Below are positions 28,003-37,814 of a DNA stretch of 64,000 bases, piece by piece. Location: positions 3,264,001 to 3,328,000 of the forward strand of contig OZ245033.1 in NCBI GenBank assembly GCA_965224025.1, written 5' to 3'. Below the pieces are notes generated by a model, which saw only the letters and a program-made list of their open reading frames with translations, made no database searches and had not been told where the DNA came from. The translations under genes and the position numbers were made by a program. The stretch comes from Candidatus Multivorans sp. (lineage in GTDB: Bacteria; Acidobacteriota; Thermoanaerobaculia; Multivoradales; Multivoraceae). How positions within the stretch are numbered: the stretch's first letter is position 1; the number at the start of each line of letters is the position of its first letter.

Positions 28003-28821
28003 ATGCCGGACCGCGCTGACGATTTCGACCAGTTTGTCGGGGAACTTCGGTCCCGTTCGCGGCGCCTGCCGGACAACCTGGTGTTGATGGACACGGTCGA
28101 CTCGACGAACCGTTTCGTCAAGGCTCTGGTCGAACGGTTCTTCGAGGAGGACTCCACGCCCCGGACGGCGCTAGTGGTGGCCTTCGAGCAGACCGCGGGC
28201 CGGGGTCGACAGGGTCGTTCCTGGGTCAGCACCGCGGGGCGCGGTCTCTACTGCACCTGGCTGCAGCCGCTGCCGATCGCGGGGGCCGGCCCGCTGGAAG
28301 ATCAGCTCGGTGCGTTGCCGCTGCTCGCCGGAGTCGGGGTGTGCCGCGCGTTGACGGGCTTCACGGGCGGCCGGGCGGGCCTGAAGTGGCCCAACGACGT
28401 GCTCGTGGACGGCCGCAAGATCGCGGGGATCCTGATCGAGACCGTCGTCGGCCGAGAAGGCGGCATGGCCGCCGTGATCGGTTTCGGCGTGAACTACGAC
28501 TTCGGCGCCAGGGACGAGTTGCCGACGCCGGTATCGACATCGCTCGCGCTCGAAACGGAGCGCGCGCCTTCGCGGGCGGCCGTCGTCGAACGGCTCGCGA
28601 CCTCGCTGGAACGCGAGCTCAGCCACGCCGGCGACCCCGTGTACGCACTGGATGTCTACCGCCCCTGCAGCGTCCATCGCGAGGGCGACGAAGTGAGTTG
28701 CAAGCTCGGCGGCGAGAGGGTCTCCGGCCGTTTCGCGGGCTTCGACGACGGTGGCCGCTTCCGCCTCGAGACGTCGGCCGGTCTGCGCACGATCGCCTCG
28801 GGCGAGGTCATCGAGTCGTGA
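28003..28821 (+). CDS. birA: Biotin protein ligase (no HTH)
   Basis: DSTN, QTAGRGRQGRSW, KWPND, KIAGIL. Confidence 0.93.
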   Translation: MPDRADDFDQFVGELRSRSRRLPDNLVLMDTVDSTNRFVKALVERFFEEDSTPRTALVVAFEQTAGRGRQGRSWVSTAGRGLYCTWLQPLPIAGAGPLEDQLGALPLLAGVGVCRALTGFTGGRAGLKWPNDVLVDGRKIAGILIETVVGREGGMAAVIGFGVNYDFGARDELPTPVSTSLALETERAPSRAAVVERLATSLERELSHAGDPVYALDVYRPCSVHREGDEVSCKLGGERVSGRFAGFDDGGRFRLETSAGLRTIASGEVIES

Positions 28822-29510
28822 CCACGGGAGCGGATCCTGAGAGCGGGGACCGCGACTACTTCGAGGCGATCGAAGAGGAGTTCATCCGGCTGCGGGGAGC
28901 GCCGCTGCTGCTGAGTCCCGCCGACTGGCGCCTGGCGCAACAGTGGCGGCAGGAAGGCATTCCCCTCGCTCTGGTCCTGGAGAGCATCCGCGAAGTGTTC
29001 GCGCGCCGGTCCGAGCGGGCGGCCGCCTCGCCGGAGGCGCCGAAGCGGCGCGTGAGCAGTCTGCGCTACTGCCGGGCGACGGTGGAGAAGGCATGGGCGG
29101 TTTACCGGGAGTTGGGGGCGGTGCCGCCGGTGCGCCGGAGGCCCGCCGCGATCGATGTGCCGGCGCGGCTTGCGGCGCTGGCGTCCGCGCTACCGGCGTC
29201 GTTGGAGGGTGTCGATGGCTGGCGGGGCAGGCTGCTTGGGCTGAGCGGTCCGGCGCCCGAGGTCGAAGCCCGGCTGGCCGAGTTGGATATCGAACTTGTG
29301 GCGCAAGCGTTCGAGTCCCTGGCGCCGGCGGCCCGCGACGCCGTCGTGGCGGGCGCCGACGAGGCGCTGGGCCGGATGGCGGGAAGAGTGGACGAGCAGA
29401 GGCTGCCGGATCTCAGACAGCGCCTGATCCGCCGCTCGGTGCGCGAGCGCCTCGGGCTTCCGCTGCTGTCTCTCTTCGCCGAGCCGGCCGCGTCGCCGCC
29501 CGGGAACTGA
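28818..29510 (+). CDS. Hypothetical protein, weakly DnaD-like
   Basis: GTG start overlaps the birA stop; YFEAIEEEFIRLRG, LSPADW, SSLRYC. Confidence 0.7.
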   Translation: MTTGADPESGDRDYFEAIEEEFIRLRGAPLLLSPADWRLAQQWRQEGIPLALVLESIREVFARRSERAAASPEAPKRRVSSLRYCRATVEKAWAVYRELGAVPPVRRRPAAIDVPARLAALASALPASLEGVDGWRGRLLGLSGPAPEVEARLAELDIELVAQAFESLAPAARDAVVAGADEALGRMAGRVDEQRLPDLRQRLIRRSVRERLGLPLLSLFAEPAASPPGN

Positions 29511-29568
29511 CTTGGCAGCCGCATGTTCTACCGCGCCCTCGCTACGGCCCTTAGGCAAAATATGCGGC

Positions 29569-30087
29569 TCAGCCGCTCTGTTCTTCGCTGTTCCGGCGCC
29601 AGCGGTCGGCGCAGCGGTCGTAGAGCACGACCCCAACCGTCATGCCGAGATTCAGCGACACGGCGGTCGGAACCCGGATCCGGTGATCGCTGCGTTTCAG
29701 GATGCGCTCCGATACCGAGCCGCTCTCCGGTCCGAAGACGTAGCAGGCCCGCTCGGGGTGAACGAAGTCGGGTAGCGCTACGGCGTCCGCCACGATCTCG
29801 ACCGCGACCAGGGCCGTGTCGCGAGGCGTCGCCTCGAGCAGGTCCTCGACCTCGATCACCGGGACGTGCCGGTAGGCCCGGGTGGGATCCGTCGGCAGCC
29901 GGCGGATGTCGATGTCTTCCGAGGGCTGGCCCAGGATGATCATGCGAGCCTGGAAGCAGAGCGCGGCGCGCAGGACGTGGCCGACGTTCACTGGATCGGC
30001 CGGCCGGTCAAGTGCTATGCAGGCGAAGCCCCGGCCGCCGGCCAGGCCGGCGCGGCGCTGGACCGGGCGCTCGATCTTCTTCGGCAT
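29569..30087 (-). CDS. TrmH/SpoU family RNA methyltransferase
   Basis: PVNVGHVLR, YVFGPESG, SLNLG. Confidence 0.88.
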   Translation of the reverse strand: MPKKIERPVQRRAGLAGGRGFACIALDRPADPVNVGHVLRAALCFQARMIILGQPSEDIDIRRLPTDPTRAYRHVPVIEVEDLLEATPRDTALVAVEIVADAVALPDFVHPERACYVFGPESGSVSERILKRSDHRIRVPTAVSLNLGMTVGVVLYDRCADRWRRNSEEQSG

Positions 30088-32280
30088 TCAGGACGACTCG
30101 TTGCCGTACTGCTCGAACAGCCGCTCGATGAGGAGCTGGAGCGGGAACCGGTTCAGCCTGCCGGTGCCGGCGGCACGTTCGCCGTAGCTGGTCACCTCGT
30201 CGGGTGCGATCCCGTCGCCCCAGATCAGCACCGGCACCGGGTCGGCGCCATGGGCGCCCACCTCGGACAGGGTGGCGTGGTCGGCCGTCACGGCGACCCG
30301 GATCGGCTGTTCCAGCTTCTCGAGCCGGGCGCCGAGTTCGCGGTCGAGGCGCTCGAGGAAGGCGACCTTCAGATCGGGGCGGCGGTCGTGAGCGGCGATG
30401 TCGGCGCCCTTCACGTGGATCATGACCAGGTCGTGATCCTCGAGCGCTTCAGCGGCGCAGTCGAACTTGAGCGACAGGTCCGTGTCCACGTTCGCGGTCA
30501 TGCCTCGGCGCCGGATCACGGAGGCGCCGAGCGCCGAGGCGATGCCCATCACCGTCCGGTCGCCGCCGATGCAGGCCGCGCTGAGCGGCAGACCGCCCGG
30601 CTCCAGGGGCAGAAGCTGGTGGACCCGGCCCACTCCCCGGGTCAAGACGGCGTTCGCCGCCAGTTCGCCGCTCGCGCGCCGGTCCTCGTTTACCGGATGC
30701 CGCGCCAGCACGCGCCGCGCCTCCTGCTCGAAGAGGGCCAGGACGCGCGCGGTGCGTTCGGCGGTATCGTCGTTCGGATCGAGAGGCCTCGGCGCCAGCG
30801 GCCGTCCGGAGGGTGCGCCGTCGCCCGGATCGGAGCCTTCGATGGCCGACGTGAGGCCTTCTCCGCGCAGGGTGATTGCGAGTCGATGCTCCGTCGTCGC
30901 CCGCACGCGGACCTTGACCCGGTTTGAGGCGGGCAGGTCCAGACGGTCGATTGCCTTGGCGAGTTTCTTGGCCCCTTCGCGAATGCGGCCGGCCCGGCGG
31001 TCGACGACGAAACCGCGCTCGTCGAGGGTGGCGAAGTTGCCCCGGATGGCGATCGTCCCGGTCTTCAACTTGAGGCCGGCGCCCAGGGCCTCGATCGGCC
31101 CTCGGGTCATCACCCGCGGCGACTGGGCGAACAGGGCGAGGTTTCCCGATGCCGTATCCGGAACCACGCCGGGCGCTACCGGGTCGGCCAGACCGCAGGC
31201 GCCTTCCCGGGCCAGCCGGTCGAGCGTAGGCGTCCGCGCGGCTTCGAGAGGCGTCCGCGCCCCGAGCGAGCGCAGGGGGCGGTCGGGAAGACCGTCGATC
31301 ACCAGCAGGAGAGCCGGGGTACGGCGCTCGCTCAGCAACCCCACCGACGCCTGAGTGAGCCAGGGCAGCCGCTGGGACAGGCTCTGCCCGAGCAGGGCGA
31401 TGGCGGTCGGAAGCAACTCCTCCCGGTCCGTCGTGTCGAGAATCGGAACCCCTGCTTCCCGCGCGAGTCGCAACAGGTGCCTTTGCTGTCCACGGATGAC
31501 CCGGAAGTGGTCGAGCTGCCGGTTCGGCCTTCTGCCGGCAGAGGACTCGCGCGCGAGGAAGTGGCCGCGGTGGACTTCCTCGTCAGGAGTCGAGAGCACG
31601 GTGAAGAACTGGTAGGCCTCGCCTTCGAGGTCGGCGAACGGAACCAGACCGGGCAGGAGGTGGACGCCCTCGACGACCAGACTGAGATTCTCGGCAATCG
31701 CTCGCTCGACCACCGCCCGGACACCGACGCACACCCTGGTGGCCTGCTCCTCCAGCGTCGCTACCTGGGGGTTTCCAGCGCCTGTGGCGAACTCGCTCGA
31801 TGGATCCGCGGGCGTTTCATAGCTCGAGACGTGGAGTGCCGGCAGGATCGCCGGCGCGAACACCATCCGCATCACCTGACGCACGGTGTCGGTGGCGTTG
31901 ATCCGGTAGATGCGCAGTTGCGGCGCCAGGTCGAGCGCCAGGGTGGACTTGCCGGTGCCGGCGCCGCCGCCGATGTACAAGATGAGGGGTTTCGGCAGCC
32001 GCCGCAGGCGACGGATCAGCCGGTAGCGCCCGGCGGTGTCCGCGCCCTCTTCCGCTTCCAGGAGTTCGGCGATCCGCTGTGCGAGACGCCGCTTCTCGAG
32101 GCTGGTCGTGCCCTCGCGCTGCAACTCTCGCTGCAGTTGCTCCACCCGCCTGTAGGCCCGGTCGAAGTCGAGTCCGGCAGCGTAGAGGCTACGCGCAAGC
32201 AGTCCGCGGGAGAACGGCTGCGCTTCGCCGTGGTAGGTGATCCGGATCGGGCGCTCGGGACCACCCTCGGCGGCGATCAG
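30088..32280 (-). CDS. Fusion: ATP-cone/2-phosphoglycerate kinase-like plus cofactor-independent phosphoglycerate mutase (ApgM-like)
   Basis: PFSRGLLARSL, GGGAGTGKST, TDTVRQVMR, VVEGVHL; then IDGLPD, TPLEAARTP, HVKGADIAAHD, TADHAT. Start uncertain (CTG 32280 or TTG 32310). Confidence 0.8.
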   Translation of the reverse strand: MIAAEGGPERPIRITYHGEAQPFSRGLLARSLYAAGLDFDRAYRRVEQLQRELQREGTTSLEKRRLAQRIAELLEAEEGADTAGRYRLIRRLRRLPKPLILYIGGGAGTGKSTLALDLAPQLRIYRINATDTVRQVMRMVFAPAILPALHVSSYETPADPSSEFATGAGNPQVATLEEQATRVCVGVRAVVERAIAENLSLVVEGVHLLPGLVPFADLEGEAYQFFTVLSTPDEEVHRGHFLARESSAGRRPNRQLDHFRVIRGQQRHLLRLAREAGVPILDTTDREELLPTAIALLGQSLSQRLPWLTQASVGLLSERRTPALLLVIDGLPDRPLRSLGARTPLEAARTPTLDRLAREGACGLADPVAPGVVPDTASGNLALFAQSPRVMTRGPIEALGAGLKLKTGTIAIRGNFATLDERGFVVDRRAGRIREGAKKLAKAIDRLDLPASNRVKVRVRATTEHRLAITLRGEGLTSAIEGSDPGDGAPSGRPLAPRPLDPNDDTAERTARVLALFEQEARRVLARHPVNEDRRASGELAANAVLTRGVGRVHQLLPLEPGGLPLSAACIGGDRTVMGIASALGASVIRRRGMTANVDTDLSLKFDCAAEALEDHDLVMIHVKGADIAAHDRRPDLKVAFLERLDRELGARLEKLEQPIRVAVTADHATLSEVGAHGADPVPVLIWGDGIAPDEVTSYGERAAGTGRLNRFPLQLLIERLFEQYGNESS

Positions 32281-32459
32281 GTTTCCTCCCGCGTGCGTCG
32301 CAGCGGACAACTTGCGCAACTGAGGGGCTCCCCGTCGGGTCCGAGGACGTCCGGGCCGCCGCAGGAACCGCGCAGGCAGCGGCCGCTCAGCAACACGCCG
32401 ACCGACATGAGGACCACGCAAGCGGCGATGACGGTTATGGTCAGGAACAGGATCGCCAT
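32277..32459 (-). CDS. nqrM: Na+-NQR maturation factor NqrM
   Basis: TM helix followed by LRGSCGG...CASC; downstream of nqr/apbE. Confidence 0.85.
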   Translation of the reverse strand: MAILFLTITVIAACVVLMSVGVLLSGRCLRGSCGGPDVLGPDGEPLSCASCPLRRTREET

Positions 32460-32824
32460 GGCTCGAAGCGGAGTCTACCGGTCGCGCAACGGGCGGTCGG
32501 CGCCCGCCGGTCCGCGGTCCCGGGATAGATCCCAGCGCCTGTTCGCGTTTCTGGAAGAGGATGAGGGACCCTCAGGGGCCCTGCGAGTTGGCTCCTGGGC
32601 TGGTCCCGCAGCCTGTCCAGCCGTTCTCGCGCCAACACCGCTGCATTGCATTCAAGTGGGCTTGGCAATGGGGATTGACTCTCGGATCCGTGCTTTGTCC
32701 ATCGCAGGCGTCGTACCAACGGTGCTGGTGTTCTTCGCAACCTCGGACGTGTCGCGACTTGACGCATAGTGCCTGCAACATCGGATGTGCCGCCCAGATC
32801 GAAGCAAAGTGATCCTCAGTCAAC

Positions 32825-33343
32825 TCAGACCTCGGTGGACTCTCCCGGCAATCCTTGTCGGTCCCAACTTTCGCCATCGCCGTCTTCATGGACGGCCTGG
32901 AGGATTTTTCCCGGTTCGGTCTCGGCGTCGAGGTTCTCAAGTGTCTTCTCGAATCTCTGGCGGTCGAGTCTTCTCTTGATGCGCAGCATCTCGTAGAGCT
33001 GCATCGTACGCTTGTCGTCGCCAATAGCCACGAAGGCTTCCAGTTCGGAGCGAATGGCGGAGAGTTGTGGCGGATCACTGAGAGCGGCCTCAACCGCTTC
33101 TCGGTCTCGGTGCCCAAACCGTAGCGCCTCGTGGAAGTCGAGTAGTTCGGTAGCTTGCATCCGGTCCAGTTCTTGAAAGAGTCGATGCCGTGCGGCAATC
33201 GGATCTTCAAGTTCCGGCAGCAGAGCCGGACGGGACAACTCCATGACCGGAGTAGGAAGCTCCGTGGTGGGCTGGGTGCCAGAAAGTGAAGCGCCAAATG
33301 TCAAGACGAGCATCGCTCCGACGATGGGCAGAAGTCGTGTCAT
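32825..33343 (-). CDS. Hypothetical exported helical protein (possibly frameshifted)
   Basis: Signal-like N-terminus MTRLLPIVGAMLVLTFGASLSG; no family recognised. Confidence 0.55.
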   Translation of the reverse strand: MTRLLPIVGAMLVLTFGASLSGTQPTTELPTPVMELSRPALLPELEDPIAARHRLFQELDRMQATELLDFHEALRFGHRDREAVEAALSDPPQLSAIRSELEAFVAIGDDKRTMQLYEMLRIKRRLDRQRFEKTLENLDAETEPGKILQAVHEDGDGESWDRQGLPGESTEV

Positions 33344-33388
33344 GCAGGAGTCTCCGTTCATGAACGGACCGGCAGATCCTACAGGAGA

Positions 33389-34516
33389 CTACCGTCGCCA
33401 GGGAGCGAAGCCAGTCACCGTCCCGAACCGCGCGTGGAAGGCGGTGCTGGGAAGTTCTTCCAGGGAGTTCCCGCGGTAGACGAAGAGGAGGGCGGCGATG
33501 TCGTTCTCGTTCGCCCAGCGCAGGCCTTCCTGGGGACCCAGGACGATCAGGGCGGTGGCGTAGGCGTCGGCCACGGCGCAGCTCTCGTGGAGCACGCTGG
33601 CCGAGGCGAGGGCGTGTTCCACTGGCCGGCCGGTCCGGGGATCGATCGTGTGGGAGTAGCGGACGCCGTCCCGTTCCCAGTAGTTCCGGTAGTCGCCAGA
33701 GGTGGCCAGGGATCCGTCGGTGAAGGAGAGGACTTTCCGCAGGCTGGCCTCCATGTCGTCCCCCGTGGCGGGAGGTGAGGCGGTTGACCCGGGATCGGTC
33801 GAGCGAGCCGACGGACGTTCGATCGCAATGCGCCACGGGTCGCCGGTACGACTGTGGCCGGCGGTGCGTACTTCGCCGCCGATCTCGACCAGGTGGTTGG
33901 CGTAGCCGGCGTTGGTCAGGTCCTCGGAGACCCGGTCCACGGCCCAGCCCTTGGCGACGGCCGAGAGATCGAGCGCGGCGCCGGGATGGAGCTTGACAAG
34001 TCGTCGGTCGGCGGGCGACGGCTCGATTGCGCCCACGGCCTTCGCCAACTCGGTCAGGCGATCCTCGCCTGGAGGGATCGGTTCTGCGTCTCGTCCCGGC
34101 GCGCCGAACCCCCAGGCGTCGACCAGTGGCCCCACCGTGGGATCGAACGCGCCGCCGCTCTCTTCGCGCACTCGCCAGGCAAGCTCCAGAACCGCCCAGG
34201 TGTCCTTCGAGAAGACGAACGACTCCCCGGCCGCCAGCCGATTGAAGCGGGAGAGCTCCGAGTCGTCGCGCCAGGTCGACATCGCCCGGTCCACCGCATC
34301 CAGCCGTTGCTCGACGAGGCCCTGGATCGCCTCGCGATCGCCGGTCTCCGCGATGACGCGAACCCGGTAGTGGGTCCCCATCGTCGGCCCCTGGAGCACG
34401 ATTTCTTCGTGTGCCTGCGCACAGCCCAGGACCAGGCCGGCCAGGACCACGAGCGGCGTCCAACGGCACCTGGGACCCCTCCCACCGGGCCCGAGCCTGG
34501 CGGGTGCTGGGTACAC
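33389..34516 (-). CDS. apbE: FAD:protein FMN transferase ApbE
   Basis: Lipobox LVLGC, GPTMGT, DLSAVAKG, ATSGDY, HTIDPRTG, ADAYATA. Confidence 0.95.
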   Translation of the reverse strand: MYPAPARLGPGGRGPRCRWTPLVVLAGLVLGCAQAHEEIVLQGPTMGTHYRVRVIAETGDREAIQGLVEQRLDAVDRAMSTWRDDSELSRFNRLAAGESFVFSKDTWAVLELAWRVREESGGAFDPTVGPLVDAWGFGAPGRDAEPIPPGEDRLTELAKAVGAIEPSPADRRLVKLHPGAALDLSAVAKGWAVDRVSEDLTNAGYANHLVEIGGEVRTAGHSRTGDPWRIAIERPSARSTDPGSTASPPATGDDMEASLRKVLSFTDGSLATSGDYRNYWERDGVRYSHTIDPRTGRPVEHALASASVLHESCAVADAYATALIVLGPQEGLRWANENDIAALLFVYRGNSLEELPSTAFHARFGTVTGFAPWRR

Positions 34517-34532
34517 CCAGCCGCGCAGCCGC

Positions 34533-35753
34533 CTAGCCGAAGTCGTCGAAGGCGATGTTCTCAGGCTCGACTCCCAGGTCGTCGAGCATCTTCATGCAGG
34601 CCTGGAGCATCAGCGGCGGTCCGCAGAGGTAGTACTCGACGTCTTCCGGACAGGGGTGGTCCTTCAGGTAGTTGTCGTACAGGACCTGGTGGATGAATCC
34701 GGTGTAGCCCTCCCAGTGATCCTCTTCGAGCGGGTCGGAGAGCGCGAGATGCCAGGTGAAGTTCGGGTTCTCGGCCGCGATGCGGTCGAAGTGATCGGTG
34801 TAGAAGGCTTCGCGGTAGGAGCGGGCGCCGTACCAGAAGGACACCTTGCGGTCGGTGTGGAGCCGCTGGAACTGGTCGAAGATGTGGGAGCGCATGGGCG
34901 CCATGCCGGCGCCGCCGCCGACGAACACCATCTCGGCATCGGTCTCCTTGGCGAAGAACTCGCCGAAGGGGCCGGCGATCGTCACGTCGTCGCCCGGATT
35001 CAGGTCGAAGATGTAGGACGACATCTGACCGGGCGGAAGGTCCATCTCGCGCGGCGGCGGCGTCGCCACCCGGACGTTCAACATGATGATGCCCTTCTCC
35101 TCCGGGTAGTTCGCCATCGAGTAGGCGCGGACCACGGTCTCGTCGACCCTGGAGACCAGGTTCCAGAGCTTGAAGCGGTCCCAGTCCTCGTGGTAGTCGT
35201 CCTCGATCTGGAAGTTGCTGTAGTTCGCCACGTGCGGAGGGCACTCGATCTGGATGTAGCCGCCGGCTTGAAAGGGCACCTCTTCGCCGGCCGGCAGCTC
35301 GAGGATCAGCTCCTTGATAAACGTGGCGACGTTCTCATTCGAGCGCACGGTGCACTGCCACTTCTTGACTCCGAAGATCTCGGCGGGGACCGCGATCTTC
35401 ATGTCCTCCTTGATCTTCACCTGGCAGCTCAGGCGGCAGCCCTCGCGGGCCTCGCGGCGGCTGATGTGGGTCTTCTCGGTCGGCAGCATCGCGCCGCCGC
35501 CGTCGAGCACGTCGACGGTGCACACGCCGCAGGTGCCCTGTCCGCCGCAGGCCGAGGGGATGAAGATCTGGTGCTCGGCGAGCGTGTTGAGCAGGGTGCC
35601 GCCGGTCGTGGAGGTCAGCGTCTTCTCGTCGTTGATCAGGATCGAGACCTCGTCGCCGGCGACCAGACGGGCCTTGGCCTGCATCAGGATCAGGACGAGA
35701 GCCAGGTTGACGACCGTGAACATCACCACCCCGAGCAGGGCTTCGGTGATCAC
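34533..35753 (-). CDS. nqrF: Na+-NQR subunit F
   Basis: [35 protein letters not shown]-terminal DDFG. Confidence 0.97.
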   Translation of the reverse strand: MITEALLGVVMFTVVNLALVLILMQAKARLVAGDEVSILINDEKTLTSTTGGTLLNTLAEHQIFIPSACGGQGTCGVCTVDVLDGGGAMLPTEKTHISRREAREGCRLSCQVKIKEDMKIAVPAEIFGVKKWQCTVRSNENVATFIKELILELPAGEEVPFQAGGYIQIECPPHVANYSNFQIEDDYHEDWDRFKLWNLVSRVDETVVRAYSMANYPEEKGIIMLNVRVATPPPREMDLPPGQMSSYIFDLNPGDDVTIAGPFGEFFAKETDAEMVFVGGGAGMAPMRSHIFDQFQRLHTDRKVSFWYGARSYREAFYTDHFDRIAAENPNFTWHLALSDPLEEDHWEGYTGFIHQVLYDNYLKDHPCPEDVEYYLCGPPLMLQACMKMLDDLGVEPENIAFDDFG

Positions 35754-36367
35754 AGTTGGATGCCTCCGAAGGCCATGAAGCCGAAGGCCATCAGTCCGGT
35801 GATGACGAACGTCATGCCCAGGCCGCGCAGGCCGTGGGGCACGTTGCTGTAGCGCAGGCGCTCGCGGATCGACGCCAGGGAGACGATGGCCAGGAACCAG
35901 CCGATGCCGGAGCCGAAGCCGAAGACCACGCTCTCGCCGAAGTCGTAGTCACGCTCGACCATGAACAGCGAGCCGCCCAGGATCGCGCAGTTCACCGCGA
36001 TCAGGGGCAGGAAGATGCCCAGGGTGGCGTGGAGCGCCGGGAAGAAGCGGTCGGTCGTCATCTCCACGAGCTGGACCATCGCGGCGATCGTGCCGATGAA
36101 GCAGAGCAAGTTCAGGAAGGTCAGGTCGACATCGGCGAACTCAGGGCTGATCCACGAAAGAGCTCCTTCGCTCAGGAGGTGGGTCTGAATCAGGTTGTTG
36201 GCCGGCACGGTGACGGTGAGCACGAAGATGACCGCCAGACCGAGCCCGACCGCGGTCTCGACCTTCTTCGACACCGCCAGGAACGAGCACATCCCGAGAA
36301 AGAAGGTCAGCGCCATGTTCTCGACGAAGATGGCCTTGACCGCGAGGTTGAGGTATTCCTCGAACAT
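35750..36367 (-). CDS. nqrE: Na+-NQR subunit E
   Basis: [23 protein letters not shown]. Confidence 0.97.
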   Translation of the reverse strand: MFEEYLNLAVKAIFVENMALTFFLGMCSFLAVSKKVETAVGLGLAVIFVLTVTVPANNLIQTHLLSEGALSWISPEFADVDLTFLNLLCFIGTIAAMVQLVEMTTDRFFPALHATLGIFLPLIAVNCAILGGSLFMVERDYDFGESVVFGFGSGIGWFLAIVSLASIRERLRYSNVPHGLRGLGMTFVITGLMAFGFMAFGGIQL

Positions 36368-36382
36368 CGTTTCGAACCCCCT

Positions 36383-37009
36383 TTACCCGTCCATCTCGAC
36401 CTGGGCGGGCTTCCAGACGCGGAGCGCCCAGATCAATCCGCCGATGATGAAGAAGGCGGCCGGCGACAGCAGCATCAGGCCGTTCGGCAGGTACCAGCCG
36501 CCCTCCGACACCGTGGGCAGGATGGAGTAGCCGTACAGCTTCCCGGAGCCGAACAGTTCCCTCAGCACCGCCGTGGCCATCAGGATCGCGCTGTAGCCGA
36601 GACCGTTGCCGATGCCGTCGAGGATCGCCAGCGAGGGCGGGTTCTGCATCGCGAACGCCTCGGCCCGGCCCATGATGATGCAGTTCGTGATGATCAGCCC
36701 CACGAACACCGAGAGCTGCTTGCTGATCTCGTACACGTAGGCCTTCAGGATCTGGTCGGTGACGATGACGAGCGAGGCGATCACGGTCAACTGGACGATG
36801 ATCCGGATGCTGTTCGGGATCTGGTGGCGGAGCAGGCTGACCGTGAGGTTGGAGAGGGTGAGCACGCAGACGACCGCCACGCACATGACGAGCGACGTTT
36901 CCATCTTCGTGGTCACCGCGAGCGCCGAGCAGATGCCGAGCACCTGGAGCGCGATCGGGTTGTTGTTCCAGAGCGGATCGAGCGCCGCTTCGCTCTTCTT
37001 GACTGCCAT
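36383..37009 (-). CDS. nqrD: Na+-NQR subunit D
   Basis: [33 protein letters not shown]. Confidence 0.97.
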   Translation of the reverse strand: MAVKKSEAALDPLWNNNPIALQVLGICSALAVTTKMETSLVMCVAVVCVLTLSNLTVSLLRHQIPNSIRIIVQLTVIASLVIVTDQILKAYVYEISKQLSVFVGLIITNCIIMGRAEAFAMQNPPSLAILDGIGNGLGYSAILMATAVLRELFGSGKLYGYSILPTVSEGGWYLPNGLMLLSPAAFFIIGGLIWALRVWKPAQVEMDG

Positions 37010-37791
37010 CAGTTCGCCTCCGCCCGGATTCGGGCGAGATACGGCTCGAAGCCGTTCTCGCCGAGCCAGAAGTTGAGCATGTTCGTCACTCCATTGCTCG
37101 TGATCGTCGCGCCGCTCAGACCGTCGACGCGGAAGGGGTCCTCTTCCGCACTGGCGGCCTGACCCTTGATCACCGCCAGTTGGAACTCGCCGTTCGCGTC
37201 GAACGCGCGGCGTCCCTGCCACCGCGCCTTCCAGCGCGGGTTGTCCACCTCGCCGCCCAGCCCCGGCGTTTCCTTGTGCAGGTAGTAGGTGATGCCGCGC
37301 ACGGTCGTCGCGTCCGCGTCGAGCGCCAGGAAGCCGTAGAGGGTGCCCCAGAGCCCCAGGCCCTCGATCGGCAGCACGATCATCTCGAGTTCGCCGTCGT
37401 CGCCCCTCACCTCGTAGAGCAGGGCCTGATCGGGAAGGCGCTTGACGCTGGCCTTGTTCTTCGGAAGCTCGACGCTGGTGGAAGGATTCCGGGCTCGCCG
37501 CTGCTGATCGAACGTTGCCGTGTCGGCGTCGGTCTGCGCTTCGCCGGTCGCGAGGTCGATGATCACCGGTTTGACCGGTTCGAAACGCTCGGCCACCTCT
37601 TCCGGCGTCACCCGCTCGCCGGGCTGGAGCAGGCCCACCGCCTCCAGCACGCGCTTCTGCTTGTCGAGCGCGGCGTTCTCATCCTGGCGCGGCTCCAGGC
37701 TGACCGCGAAAGAGGACACGAGAATGCCGCAGACGATGCATATCGCCATCGCGAACAGGAGGATGTAGCCGGTGGCCTGTCGGTCTGCCAT
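37009..37791 (-). CDS. nqrC: Na+-NQR subunit C
   Basis: [21 protein letters not shown] (FMN-Thr). Confidence 0.96.
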   Translation of the reverse strand: MADRQATGYILLFAMAICIVCGILVSSFAVSLEPRQDENAALDKQKRVLEAVGLLQPGERVTPEEVAERFEPVKPVIIDLATGEAQTDADTATFDQQRRARNPSTSVELPKNKASVKRLPDQALLYEVRGDDGELEMIVLPIEGLGLWGTLYGFLALDADATTVRGITYYLHKETPGLGGEVDNPRWKARWQGRRAFDANGEFQLAVIKGQAASAEEDPFRVDGLSGATITSNGVTNMLNFWLGENGFEPYLARIRAEAN

Positions 37792-37814
37792 TCGAGTATT
37801 GCCGGTCGGGAACT

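Noticed and set aside
32768-32827. TGA readthrough (selenocysteine) extending the 33343 ORF
   Set aside because: Two close TGA codons followed by implausible Arg-rich sequence; no SECIS or Cys-equivalent context evident.
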